Positions 34,084-45,464 of a DNA stretch of 64,000 bases are shown piece after piece. The notes under the pieces are model-generated. The model was not told the origin of the DNA. It searched no databases and saw nothing but the letters and a program-made list of their open reading frames with translations. Every line of letters starts with the position of its first letter. Positions within the stretch are counted from its first letter, which is position 1. The stretch lies in IMG/VR virus record IMGVR_UViG_3300033463_000020; one strand, given 5' to 3'. The stretch is from a virus. Its lineage: Duplodnaviria; Caudoviricetes. Position numbers and translations under genes: made by a program.

Positions 34084-37000
34084 GTGAGTAATTTTGTTTC
34101 CTTGCACAATCATAGTTGGGCCAGCAACTTGAGATTTTTAGATTGTATAAACCGGCCCAAGGAAATGGTGGACAAAGCCCTCTCCTTGGGCTTTTCGGGT
34201 CTGGCGTTTACTGATCACGAAGCGCTATCAGCGGCTGTCGAGATTCTGAAAGCCCGCGATGCTATTCGGAAGGATCATCCCGATTTTAAGATTATCTTCG
34301 GCAATGAGATATACTTAATTGATCAGACTGAAGTTGGACAAACACGTGATTTTTATCACTTTATTTTGTTGGCCAAAGATTTAACGGGCTGGGACCAGTT
34401 GCGCGCCCTGTCTTCCCGTGCTTGGGAGCGAGGCTACGTAGATCGTGGGCAACGGAGAGTGCCGACCACCTATCAGGATCTCGAGGAAATTGTGAAAGCC
34501 AATCCCGGCCATCTCTTGGCTAGCACTGCTTGTTTGGGCGGGCGCCTGGCTAAGGCCATTTTGGCTCATGATGTTCAGGGTGCCAATGAATTTGTGCGTT
34601 GGTGCATCGACGTGTTCGGGAGCGAGAATTTTGCGCTCGAATTGCAGCCGGCAAATTCCGACGAGCAGATCCAGGTGAATCACACCTTGCTGCGTTTTAG
34701 CCAGTATTATAATATTCCATATATTATTACGACGGATAGCCATTATTTGAACAAAGAGGACTTCGTTGTTCATTCGGCTTTTTTAAATAGTAAACAGACC
34801 ACTGATCGGGAAACGGATAAGTTCTATCGTTTCACGTATATGATGAGCCTGGAGGAAATGCGAGAGATCTTGCAGGCTTCAGGACTGACGAACGATGAGA
34901 TTGAGCGGGGTTTTCAAAATACAGTAGAGCTGACCGCAGCAATGGAAGATTATGATTTCCGTCATGGAACTATTGTCCCGCGTATTAAGATCCCCGATTT
35001 TCAACTCAGCAAAATTTTATATGCATATGATGGCTATCCGGCCATTCGTAAACAGTATGATAGTGCCGATGACCAAGACCGTTATTTGATGTATCAAATC
35101 GAACAAGGTTTGCAGCATAAGCATGTTACTATCACCACAGTGATACTTGAACGTATTGATGCCGAGTTGGATATTCTTCAGTATATCAGTGAACAGATTG
35201 GACAGAACCTCAGTTCTTATCTGAATTTGACTGTAAATATCGTTGATATCGCGTGGCAGGTTAGCTTGGTTGGGACTGGGCGTGGATCTGCCTGCGGTTT
35301 CTATATTAATTATCTTATTGGTATTACGCAGGCTGATCCTCTACAATATAATTTGGCGCACTGGCGGTTCCTTAATAAGGAACGCGCGGAGCTACCAGAT
35401 GTCGACGAAGATTTTCAGCCGGAAAAAACGGACGACATCGTACGGTTATTGCGCGAAGCTTACGGCGAAGATAACGTGTTAAATTGCGCTACCTTTAAAA
35501 CGGAAAGCTTAAAGAGTGCGATCCTTAGCTGTGGGCGTGGCCTGGGATACAATAATGATGAGATGCAAGCTTTGGCGGCACTGGTGCCGGAGCATCGTGG
35601 ACACTTTTATACCTTAGACGAATGCCTGGTCGGCGATACCGAAAAGGGTTTCGATCCTGTGCCGGGCTTTGAGGGTAAATTCGTGGCGTACCCGGGCCTG
35701 CTAGAAGCCGTTCGTAAGATCGAGGGGCTGCCTACCAATTCCAGCATTCACGCTAGTGCTCTATATGTTTTTAATAACGGGTTTTTAGCTCAAAACAGCA
35801 TGATGCGCGCGCCCAACGGTACTAAGATCACAGCTTTTAATATGCACGATAGTGACGACCTGGGCGCTTTAAAGATGGACGTGCTTCGAACCGATGCCCA
35901 GTCTAAGATCGCGAAATGCATGGAGCTCTTGTTGGCTGATCAGCAGATGGAATGGAAGGGTTCGTTACGCGCGACCTATGATTACTATCTGCATCCCGAT
36001 GTCTTGCAGTATGACAACCCACAGATGTGGGCTGATATGGCAGACGGGAAGATCGCCAATTTGTTCCAGTTCGAGACTCAGGTCGGGGCTGTCTGCATTA
36101 AGAAAGCGCGTCCCACTGATGTTATGGAGCTGGCCGAAATTAACTCTATCATGCGTCTGCAGGCGGACGAAGGCGAACAGCCTATTGATCGGTATGTGCG
36201 TTTTCGGAACAATCCGGTGGCGTGGGATCTCGAGATGATTGAAGAGGGGCTGACCACTCACGAAATGGACATCCTTAAAAAGTATCTTTCCGGGAGTCAT
36301 GGAGTGTCCGGTTCCCAGGAAGTGCTTATGCGCATCTTGATGGATCCGGAGGTTTGTGGATTCACGCTGGGGGAAAGTAACGCGGCCCGTAAGGCGATTG
36401 CTAAAAAGATCGCCACGAAACTTATTCAGTTAAAAGCCGACTTTTATGAAAAGGGCGGACAACGAGCCCGCAAGGAGTTCCTGGACTATGTCTGGACCTA
36501 TTGTATTGAACCTCAGTTGGGCTATTCGTTTTCCATTAACCATACCCTACCGTACTCTTTAATTGCCCTGCAGGAAGCTAACCTGGCCACCCGCTGGGAT
36601 CCGCTATATTGGAAGTGCGCATGTCTTTGCGTGAATTCAGGCAGCTATGTGGGCGCCATGGGCGACGAGGACGATGAAGCCGACGATAGCGAAGGGGTAG
36701 ATGAGAGTGCCGATGGTAAACGCCATGTTGCGCCTAACTATGGCAAGATCAGCCGCGCCATTACGGACGCGCAGCGAGCAGGGGTAAATATCGAACTACC
36801 GGATATTAATCGGGCTCAGGCGGATTTTGTACCTGATATAGAAAATCAAAGTATTCTCTATAGTTTGCGGGCTGTTACCGTTGTGGGCGATAACTTATTG
36901 GCTGCAATTATCGCGGGGCGTCCTTATCAGTCCATGCAAGATTTTGTTACGCGCGTACAGCCTACACGTGCCCAGATGATCGGTCTGATTAAAGCGGGAT

Positions 37001-37962
37001 GCTTTGACGCTCTTGAGGGGCAGCCGCGTATGCGCATTATGACGCGTTATCTGCAGCAACTTGCCGACGAGGACTACCCGTTAAAAGATAAGCTGACCCT
37101 GGTACAGATACGTAAGGCAATTGATATGGGGTGGACCACCCCGGAATTTGCGGAGTCGATACGTATTTTAAAATTCAAGCAATACGTAGAGGCGCACTGC
37201 CAGGATACGGAAAATAAAAGGCTTCTTTTATCAGACGATAAATGCATTAAATTTTTCGAACAGTATATTATGAACCAGCTGAACCTGACTAAGGGAGAGT
37301 ACAGCGTGCTGCCCGGGGGACGGTTGGCTGTAAAACTCACAGCGTTCCGAAAAGTGATTACCGCGTTGCTGGCGCCGGTGGTAGAGTATTTTAATACCGA
37401 GGCCGGGCGACAGGCATATAAAGATTTGCTGCAGGGGGCCTTCCTAAAGGAAATGTGGGAGACCAAGTGTGCGGGATCGATTTCACGCTGGGAGATGGAA
37501 ACATTAAACTTTTACTATAGCGGGCACGAATTGCGCAGTGTCGGTAAGGCCAAGTATGGCATCGGTAGCTTCTTTGCGCTGCCTGAGCGTGGTGATAATC
37601 CGCGCATGATTGCACTGGTTGGTACGGTAACCGACACGAACAATACCCGGCATACTATCAGTCTATTAACACCTGAAGAGGGTGTAGTTGACGTAAAGTT
37701 CTATGGCGGTACTTATGCGCAGTACAACCAGCGGATCAGTATTATTGACGCCGCTACACAGAAAAAAACTGTTGTGGACGAAAGCTGGTTGAAGCGGGGT
37801 ACGTTATTACTCATATATGGTATCCGAAAAGAGAACATGTTCCACGCGCGCACTGACCGTAGCGGTCCACTGCCGCGAACCATCGGTCTGATCGAACAGA
37901 TACATTCTGATGGCACATTAGGGGTCCGGTATGCACGCCGGCGGAAAGTCGAGAGTAAATGA
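34084..37962 (+). CDS. dnaE: DNA polymerase III alpha subunit (family C)
   Basis: PHP domain (LHNHS, FTDH, TTDSHY), GRGSA, LPDVDED catalytic motif, LKMDVL, FQFE, YSFSINH; no TAG. Confidence 0.95.
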   Translation: MSNFVSLHNHSWASNLRFLDCINRPKEMVDKALSLGFSGLAFTDHEALSAAVEILKARDAIRKDHPDFKIIFGNEIYLIDQTEVGQTRDFYHFILLAKDLTGWDQLRALSSRAWERGYVDRGQRRVPTTYQDLEEIVKANPGHLLASTACLGGRLAKAILAHDVQGANEFVRWCIDVFGSENFALELQPANSDEQIQVNHTLLRFSQYYNIPYIITTDSHYLNKEDFVVHSAFLNSKQTTDRETDKFYRFTYMMSLEEMREILQASGLTNDEIERGFQNTVELTAAMEDYDFRHGTIVPRIKIPDFQLSKILYAYDGYPAIRKQYDSADDQDRYLMYQIEQGLQHKHVTITTVILERIDAELDILQYISEQIGQNLSSYLNLTVNIVDIAWQVSLVGTGRGSACGFYINYLIGITQADPLQYNLAHWRFLNKERAELPDVDEDFQPEKTDDIVRLLREAYGEDNVLNCATFKTESLKSAILSCGRGLGYNNDEMQALAALVPEHRGHFYTLDECLVGDTEKGFDPVPGFEGKFVAYPGLLEAVRKIEGLPTNSSIHASALYVFNNGFLAQNSMMRAPNGTKITAFNMHDSDDLGALKMDVLRTDAQSKIAKCMELLLADQQMEWKGSLRATYDYYLHPDVLQYDNPQMWADMADGKIANLFQFETQVGAVCIKKARPTDVMELAEINSIMRLQADEGEQPIDRYVRFRNNPVAWDLEMIEEGLTTHEMDILKKYLSGSHGVSGSQEVLMRILMDPEVCGFTLGESNAARKAIAKKIATKLIQLKADFYEKGGQRARKEFLDYVWTYCIEPQLGYSFSINHTLPYSLIALQEANLATRWDPLYWKCACLCVNSGSYVGAMGDEDDEADDSEGVDESADGKRHVAPNYGKISRAITDAQRAGVNIELPDINRAQADFVPDIENQSILYSLRAVTVVGDNLLAAIIAGRPYQSMQDFVTRVQPTRAQMIGLIKAGCFDALEGQPRMRIMTRYLQQLADEDYPLKDKLTLVQIRKAIDMGWTTPEFAESIRILKFKQYVEAHCQDTENKRLLLSDDKCIKFFEQYIMNQLNLTKGEYSVLPGGRLAVKLTAFRKVITALLAPVVEYFNTEAGRQAYKDLLQGAFLKEMWETKCAGSISRWEMETLNFYYSGHELRSVGKAKYGIGSFFALPERGDNPRMIALVGTVTDTNNTRHTISLLTPEEGVVDVKFYGGTYAQYNQRISIIDAATQKKTVVDESWLKRGTLLLIYGIRKENMFHARTDRSGPLPRTIGLIEQIHSDGTLGVRYARRRKVESK

Positions 37963-40352
37963 AAAACAACGTTAGTGGCTTAGATTCTTTGATTGACCAG
38001 CCGGTGGTCGCCAAGGTAACGCTGCATAATTATCGTTTTCCCAAAGATCGTGCGCATAGCTCGGGTGAGTTTGCGATTGTCATTTTAGATGTCTTAGAGG
38101 TACAGCGGGGCACCATTGCTGAAGAATGCTATCTAGCAGATCGGCGTATTGTTGTGTCGGGGCGGATACCCCGGCTTGAGGACGATATGGAATATATCTT
38201 CACGGGTCGTTTACGCGTTGATCCCAAGTGGGGGCCTCAATACACTTGTGACGAGATACATGCAAACTATAATATGAACGATCCCGCCGAGCAGCGAACG
38301 TTTCTCGGGTATTTCTTAACCGAGCGTCAAATCAATTTGCTATACAAGACCTGCGCCGATCCTATTAACTTGATTCGCCAGCATAACCTGAGCGAGCTCA
38401 TAAAAGTTAAGGGTATCGGACCGACCACAGCAGAGCGCATCTGCACTCGGTTTGCGGACAATATTCAGAATAGCCGAGCTTATGTGGAATTGGCGAATTT
38501 GGGACTAACCAAACGCGCGATTGACACAATTGTGCAGCAGATCGGCTCGGCAGACATTGCCATTGACATGATCAAGGCAAATCCCTATACATTAATTCGT
38601 TTAGTGCGGGGATACGGCTGGGAACGCGCAGATCGTCTCGCGCTAGCTCAAGGTTTTGGTAGAGGGTGCAAAGAACGGTGCCTGGCGTACGCCGAGTATA
38701 AGTTAAACACGCTTGCCATGGACGAAGGCAACTCGCGGTTGCCCATAGACGAACTTTTAGACGAGCTAGCTCAAGTCTGCGCGCCCACAGATCGCGCTCA
38801 AATCGCCGAGTGGATTAAGAGCGTGACAGTAGGAGAGCAGGATTTCGAACAGAGATATCAGGAGTACCAGCAGACGCAAAAGGATGCAGACCCGCCGCTG
38901 CTCTTCTACTCAAAGACAGCGCGCTGCATTGGCTTGTACAGTCTGCGCATGGTAGAACGACGGATTACGGGCGAACTGGTGCGTTTAAAGAGCGCACCGC
39001 ACGCTTGGAATTTTGATCACAAACAATGCGAACAAATCATTGGCCAGGTGGAGGCCGAACAGGGATATCAGTATACACACGAGCAGAGACGGGCCATTTG
39101 GAATATTTTAGATTCTAACGTCAGTATTTTGACAGGTAGCTCCGGATGCGGTAAGTCAAGCACTTTGAAGCCGCTGATCCGTATTTTCCATCAGGCAGGA
39201 ATCTCGGTAGCCCAGTGTGCATTGTCTGGACGTGCGTCGAGTTTACTCACGGAGTATACGGGGCTAGAAGGGAAAACCATCCACCGACTCTTGGGATACG
39301 ACCCAGAACGCGAGCAGTTCATCCACAGTGCCCGGAATCCTTTGGAGGCTGACGTGATTATCTTGGATGAGACTTCCATGGTTGGCGAAGAATTGTTTTT
39401 ATCATTGATCAGTAGTATCAAAGATGGAGGCAAGCTTTTGTTGCTGGGCGATACAAAACAGTTGCCCCCGATTTCCGTGGGGAATGTTTTGGGCGACTGC
39501 ATTAGGTCGGGCTACGTACCGACCAATACGCTAACTATTGTGTAGAGACAGGCGCTTAAAAGCGGTATTGTTTCCCAGGCGATCCGTGTGTGCGAAGGGA
39601 AGTCGATTGTGAAAACCGACTTCTCCGGCAGTGAGATTCGCGGCGAACTTAACGATTTTAAGTTAATTGCGCGTGACGATGCCGCCCTAGTCCACGCACA
39701 GGCGGTAGAGGAGTTCAAACGCCTGTGGAATAAAGGCATTTCTGCCGACGATATACAGATTATTGTCCCCGTGCGTTCGCGTGGGATTAACAGTTGCCGA
39801 GTGTTTAATAGCGAAATTCAGGCCTTGGTTAATGGCGCCCCCTCCTCCAAAGCGGTTACGGTTGACGTTTTTGACAATGGCTTGAAATTCGAAGTTACAT
39901 ATAAACCCGGTGATCGGATCTTGGTACTGAAAAATAACTACCATGCCCGTACATTGAATGGCACCGAAACAGCGATTTTCAATGGCAATATGGGGCACAT
40001 TGTAGATTTGGATCCCGATAATATGATTATCCAGTTACAGGATACGTCAAACATTATTATTCCACGTGAAAGCTGGGATAATATTGGCTTAGCGTATGCT
40101 GTCACCTGTCATAAGTGCCAGGGGAGCCAGGCCCCGTACGTAATTGTGAGCCTAGACTACTCAGGTTATTCATTATTAATGCGTGAGTGGTTATATACCG
40201 CGCTGACTCGTGCGCAAAAATTTTGTGCTTTGGTGGGACAGCCGAAGGCTATTAACCTAGCCACGCGAGTCAGCAACGTAAAGGTTAAGAACACCTGGCT
40301 AAAAGATGAACTCCACGAGTGCTACCAACGAGAAATAGGAGTTCTTGTTTAA
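37959..40352 (+). CDS. recD2: RecD2-like SF1 helicase, 1 in-frame TAG
   Basis: HhH (VKGIG), GSSGCGKS, TIHRLL, DETSM, GDTKQLPPI, [TAG]RQA, AVTCHKCQGSQ, LYTALTRA. Confidence 0.9.
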
Positions 40353-40368
40353 GAAGAAAGGATCGATT

Positions 40369-40938
40369 ATGGCTATTTGGGTAACGAGTGATTGGCACTT
40401 CAATCACGGAAATATTCTTCGCTTTTGTCGCTCATAGTTTGCGAATATCGAAGAACACAACGCTCTGATTATTGAGCGTTATAATGCGGTTGTAGGGCCA
40501 GACGATTTAGTTTATGTGTTGGGTGACGTTGGGTTCACCCCCGTGGGTGGCATCGCCGGCTGCGTTGAACAATTGAAGGGGCGCAAAGTCCTGTTAATTG
40601 GCAACCACGATAAGCTACAAGATAGCATGTATCGTAAAATGGGCTTTATCAGTGTCGTACGTCATCCAATTTATTATACAACTAATATTATTTTAAGTCA
40701 TGTTCCAATTATAGAATGCTTAAACAATCCGTGGGCAATTAATGTCCACGGACATTTACATAAGAGCTATGTAAATTTACCCAACTATTTCAATGCAAAC
40801 GTGGAGTTGCGCGATTTCGCTCCGGTCAATATGGACGAAATTGTAGCAATGGCGGACGGCATGTGTCGTCCATCTCGGTATGAACAATATACGCAGGAGT
40901 GGTACGCCGCCTGGGAGACCCGTTTACCGAATAGTTGA
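40369..40938 (+). CDS. Calcineurin-like metallophosphoesterase, 1 TAG
   Basis: SDWHFNH, LGDV, GNHD, SHVP and HGHLH motifs. Confidence 0.9.
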
Positions 40939-40963
40939 TTTTGTTATGGCACCCCAATATAAT
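40935..40963 (+). promoter_or_regulatory. Sigma70/A-type promoter with CCCAA-TATAAT
   Basis: TTGATT-17 bp-TATAAT; the spacer ends CCCCAA. Confidence 0.7.
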
Positions 40964-41001
40964 ATGGATGTAAAGAAATACTATATAGGAGGTACAGTGT
41001 T

Positions 41002-41283
41002 ATGACGATTAACGGTATTAAGCAAATTTTTCACAATGTGGCGACACAGAAAGGTTATCAACTCGAAGAGCGCCCCTCGCTTTCCACCAATTCTTATTAT
41101 TTCAAGTTGCTTGGAGCATCTAGTTCAATTCTGTTTCGTGTTTCGGATCATGCTACACGAGACAATGTAATTACTTTGCGTATTGATAAGAAATTAAATG
41201 TGGATCGTGTGCGCGGATTTATTCTAAATCGTTGTGCGGATTTAAGTGTGCGCCAGCGGGACAGATATTTTGCGCAACTGTGA
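41002..41283 (+). CDS. Hypothetical protein
   Basis: AGGAGG RBS, 93 aa, S.STNSYY..RVSDH segment. Confidence 0.7.
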   Translation: MTINGIKQIFHNVATQKGYQLEERPSLSTNSYYFKLLGASSSILFRVSDHATRDNVITLRIDKKLNVDRVRGFILNRCADLSVRQRDRYFAQL

Positions 41284-41292
41284 GGGAAAATT

Positions 41293-42492
41293 ATGACCAG
41301 TATATATTTGGACGGGGCTGCTAATACCCCACTCTCAAGGGCTGCATTCCGTGCTATGCGGCCCTTTTTACGGCACGGGCTAGGGAACACTATGTCTGTG
41401 CACCATTTTGGCGTCGCCATGTTTACAGCGTTGGAGTAGGCGCGCGATACTATTGCCACGCTAACGCATGCGCGCCCCGAGGAGATTTTCTTTACTTCTG
41501 GAGCCACCGAAGGCAACAATTAGGCGATTATGTCTGCTGCCCAGCAATGGCGGGCCACGCACGAAACGGGAGGCCATATTATTTGTTCGGCGTTGGAGCA
41601 CGATTCGGTATTAAAGTGTTGTGTTAGAGTCGCCGAGATAATGCATTTTGATGTTTCTTTTGTACTGCCCAAGCAGGAAAATGGCTATCGTATAGACATG
41701 GCGGATATCACCCCTTTGCTTCGACCGGATACTTTTCTGATCTGTGTTATGGAAGTAAACAACGAGCTGGGGACACGGAATCATGTGGCTCAAATTGCTT
41801 AGGAAGCCACTCTGCGCGGTATTGCCACACTAGTAGATTGTACCCAAGGGATTAGTACCGGGGGATCAAGTGTGGCTATCGCCAGTCGTATACCCTGTGC
41901 CACTTATTTAACTTGTTCTGCGCATAAATTTTATGGCCCCACAGGCGTAGGGCTGTTAATTGCTCGGCGTGCGTTGGAACCGCTGATTGTCGGTGGAGGG
42001 CAAGAATAGGGGGCACGCGGCGGCACCCACAATTTGGCGGCTATCGTAGGCATGGCCGCAGCGCTAAAAGAATTGCACCGGACAGATTACTCGGGTCATT
42101 ACCAGGCGTTAACTAATCACCTGTGTGTGCGTTTAGCAACCAGCCTACCAGATGCCAGATTTAATGTGTGGCCCGACGCGCCCGGCATTGTAAGCCTTAA
42201 CTGTGGCGCTATGATCACCAGCGGACATTTAGCCAGCATGCTGGATAGTTATGGTATCGCAGTGAGTGCGGGTTCGGCATGTGATGCTGATCACGATGAA
42301 ACCGCGGGGCAATTTCACGCCTCTCACGTGTTAACTGCTCTTGGTTTGAGCGAAACGGAAATTCGTAACACAATACGCGTATCCTTTATTCGTACGACAA
42401 CCATGAGGGATATTGATCGATTAGTGTTTGCGTTACGAGATTTATATGATTTATATTATTCTTCTGCAAAGGAGCCAAATGTTACAGTATGA
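41293..42492 (+). CDS. iscS: Cysteine desulfurase (IscS/NifS family), 4 in-frame TAG
   Basis: YLDGAANTP, FTSGATEGNN, EHDSV, NNELGT, SAHKFYGP (PLP Lys), GGGQE, SAGSAC (catalytic Cys). Confidence 0.9.
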
Positions 42493-42995
42493 TCAGGTTT
42501 GAAAAGGTAAGCTTCGAAGAGTTTTCACGGGCGTTAATTGAAAGTTGCGGTATTTTTCTCTCCACGGATGAACGGCGTGCATATTACGATGCAATTAAAT
42601 TGCCTACGCGCAGCACGCCCGGAAGTGCGGGTTACGATATCGCGACTCCCATTCCAATTAATATACCCACAGATGGGCGTTATATTTTGGTACCGACGGG
42701 GATACGGTTCGTAACGGATCGTTCCGATATTGTCTTGTTATGTGCGCCGCGCAGCGGTTTGGGTTTTGGCAGAGGTGTCCGTTTGCGTAACACCCTGGGT
42801 GTGATTGATAGCGATTTTCAATTTTCAACTACGACGGGGCATATCATGCTAAAGCTGGGAGCTGACGAACCCTGTGAACTACCGGCAGGTCGAGCGTGTG
42901 TACAGGGGATCTTTGTTCCCTTTCTCACGGTAGATGACGAGACCACAGAGGGCATGGTACAGCGGACCGGCGGACTCGGTAGTACGGGGCGCTAA
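42489..42995 (+). CDS. dut: Trimeric dUTPase
   Basis: SAGYD, PRSG, GVIDSDF, QGIF and RTGGLGSTG motifs. Confidence 0.92.
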   Translation: MIRFEKVSFEEFSRALIESCGIFLSTDERRAYYDAIKLPTRSTPGSAGYDIATPIPINIPTDGRYILVPTGIRFVTDRSDIVLLCAPRSGLGFGRGVRLRNTLGVIDSDFQFSTTTGHIMLKLGADEPCELPAGRACVQGIFVPFLTVDDETTEGMVQRTGGLGSTGR

Positions 42996-42996
42996 A

Positions 42997-43380
42997 ATGC
43001 GTATGACCAATCTGTACAAAGAAACTGAATAGGTACTGGCTCGGCATAAATTAAAATGGAGCCATATTCGATTTGTGTGCGATAGTACAGGGGTGATCCC
43101 TTTGGCGGATTTTACTCGGCGCGCAGCCGTCATCGATTATGACGCCGACTATGGTGTGGTGTATATCGATCCCTCGCTGAAAATTGTTGGGGGCACCTGG
43201 TGGTTAGAGCGGGCGAACTATGACGGCCTGGAAGGCTGGGTTTTTCGGCGTAAGCCGGAGCAACCGGGAGTCTATGCTACTCCCGGACGTTTAATGGCAG
43301 AGCACCCGTTTGACGACAAAGGGTGGCAAGACGAGATTGAATTGTATGATCCACAAGAGCCACTGCGGTGGCATGTGTGA
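42997..43380 (+). CDS. Conserved phage hypothetical protein, 1 TAG
   Basis: In frame from ATG 42997 through one TAG; YDADYG..WLER..YDG.EGW motif. Confidence 0.65.
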
Positions 43381-43388
43381 GGCAATGG

Positions 43389-43598
43389 ATGGAAGATACT
43401 ATAATTATTAAAAATCCCGATACGACCCTGGTAAAGGAGATCCAAGAAGCAATTGCGGCCAATGATGGTTACTGTGTGTGTGCCATTGAGCGCACGCCAG
43501 AGACCAAATGCATGTGCAAGTTTTTTCGCGAGCTCCCGGAGGGACCGTGTCATTGCGGCCTATATATAAAAGTGAAGAAGGACGGTACGAATTCGTGA
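43389..43598 (+). CDS. Ferredoxin:thioredoxin reductase catalytic-chain-like small protein
   Basis: GYCVC..CMC..GPCHCGLY cysteine pattern. Confidence 0.7.
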   Translation: MEDTIIIKNPDTTLVKEIQEAIAANDGYCVCAIERTPETKCMCKFFRELPEGPCHCGLYIKVKKDGTNS

Positions 43599-44155
43599 AC
43601 ATTTATTTGGCAGGGCCTATTTTTACCTATGGGGATTTACTGCGTAATACGGAGTGGGCAGCGAAAGTGCGTGCTGCGTTTCCTGGCGTAAACCTGTATT
43701 CGCCGGTGGAGAACACGGAGATCAACGGGGTCGAGGGCAAAAAGAAGTTTGCCGGATCTCAGGCGATCGTTAACGGGGACAATGCGCGACTGGACCACAC
43801 AGACGTTTTGCTGGCATGTATTGACGGAGACGTTATCCCCGCGGGGACGGCAGCCGAAATTGGAAAATTCCACGAAAAAATTATGCGTGGTGATCGCAAG
43901 TGGATCGTAGGCATTTGCACTGACAATCGTCAGTGTCACTTGACTCATAGCGCAGCAAAAGATGCGGGCGGTGCATCGGCACCCGGAGAGCAGCAATATT
44001 CTTACCATAACTTATATGTGACCGGGCTAATTAAACAGGCCGGCATTTTAGTAGACAATATTGATGACGCGATTGCGTTCATCCGTGACAATTGTGTCTG
44101 TAGAAAGGAGACGGGCGACGAAATTGAAGGCGAAGTCTTCAATGATCGTTCATAA
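43595..44155 (+). CDS. Nucleoside 2-deoxyribosyltransferase family protein
   Basis: IYLAGPIF, YSP, D, GTAAEIG, NLYV motifs. Confidence 0.85.
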   Translation: MNIYLAGPIFTYGDLLRNTEWAAKVRAAFPGVNLYSPVENTEINGVEGKKKFAGSQAIVNGDNARLDHTDVLLACIDGDVIPAGTAAEIGKFHEKIMRGDRKWIVGICTDNRQCHLTHSAAKDAGGASAPGEQQYSYHNLYVTGLIKQAGILVDNIDDAIAFIRDNCVCRKETGDEIEGEVFNDRS

Positions 44156-45464
44156 GACCATGAGTAATTTAATTTATGGGGTAACTGAGAGGCCCCGCAA
44201 GTTATCTGAGTGGATCGGATATATCGCGCAGTACTTTTTCTGTGTTTTACCGGCAACTATGCTGATCTCACGCATCTGCGGGACCAGTATTGCAGCCGGA
44301 CTGGTGTCGGCAGGTCTGGGTACACTAACCTTCCTTGCCATCACAAAAATGCGCTGTGCGATGGTAACCAGTAATTCAGGCGCAACCGTTAGCGCGATCG
44401 TTGGTACAATGGCCTTGAGCAAAACCGTAGAAGCGGGTATGACAGGGGTCGTTGTGGGCGGCTCCATTATGATGCTCGTTTATATGATCGCGGCTATTCT
44501 GGTCAGAAAATTCGGCACCAATTGGCTTAACAAGTTAATGCCTCCCGTAGTGTCGGGATCTACCATTATTGTAATTGGTGCGTCGCTTACTCTCTTTATT
44601 CCCGCATATGCGCAGGTCAACGGTCAGTTCTCTTATTGGGGCGTGGCTGTCTGCCTGTGTACCATGGCGGTCGCAGCCTTGGTCGGTCATTATGCTAAAG
44701 GAATTTGGAAAACACTGCCCTTCTTGGCAGCGATCATTGTCGGTGACGTCCTGGCCATTGTTATTACGCTGTGCGGACTGGCTCCGCTGGTTGATTTTGC
44801 TGCGATGGTTCCCCATTCGGTCCTGTCGCTTCCCGAGCTCGCTTTCCTCCATCTAGATTTTGTAAACTTTGAGTGGTCGACGCTGCCCCAGATCTTACTG
44901 ATGTTTGGGTTGGTGGCGCTATCGGCAATGACAGAGCACGTGGCTGATGTCACCACCGCCGGCAAAATTGCGGAACAAAATTATCTGCAGGATCCCGGGT
45001 TGCATCGAACGTTACTTGGTGACGGAGTGAGTTCGTTTGTGGGCTCCCTGACGGGCACACAGATGACCACTACTTATAGTGAGTACACGGGCACAATGGC
45101 CGTAAGTCGTGTGGCAAGTGCCTGGGTGACCCTGGGAACGGCTGTGGCATTAATTGTGTTTGCTTTTATCACACCGTTTACAAATTTCCTGGCGTCATTG
45201 CCCAACTGTATTATTGCTGGAATTAGTATTTTAGCATACGGTGCTATTGCTAATACCGGGGTGCGAACATTGATCGATGCAAAGGTGAATTTTACACAGA
45301 ATCGTAACTTGTTTATTTTTGCAGCCATGTTCTCCGCGGGTATTAGTGGCTTGGCCATTCCTATTACTGAAAATTTTGCAATTAGCGGCATTGTATTTGC
45401 AATGATCGTCGGTATTGTCTTAAATCTCATTTTACGAGAGCGGAAGGGTGACAGTAAAGAATGA
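44142..45464 (+). CDS. NCS2 (uracil/xanthine, UraA-like) nucleobase permease
   Basis: Multi-pass hydrophobic protein with PPVVSG, EHVAD, RTLLGDG and TTYSE NCS2 signatures. Confidence 0.9.
   Translation: MIVHKTMSNLIYGVTERPRKLSEWIGYIAQYFFCVLPATMLISRICGTSIAAGLVSAGLGTLTFLAITKMRCAMVTSNSGATVSAIVGTMALSKTVEAGMTGVVVGGSIMMLVYMIAAILVRKFGTNWLNKLMPPVVSGSTIIVIGASLTLFIPAYAQVNGQFSYWGVAVCLCTMAVAALVGHYAKGIWKTLPFLAAIIVGDVLAIVITLCGLAPLVDFAAMVPHSVLSLPELAFLHLDFVNFEWSTLPQILLMFGLVALSAMTEHVADVTTAGKIAEQNYLQDPGLHRTLLGDGVSSFVGSLTGTQMTTTYSEYTGTMAVSRVASAWVTLGTAVALIVFAFITPFTNFLASLPNCIIAGISILAYGAIANTGVRTLIDAKVNFTQNRNLFIFAAMFSAGISGLAIPITENFAISGIVFAMIVGIVLNLILRERKGDSKE

Noticed and set aside
41293-42492. DndA of a DNA phosphorothioation system
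   Set aside because: No dndB-E or ssp genes are in the window, so only a generic desulfurase call is supported.
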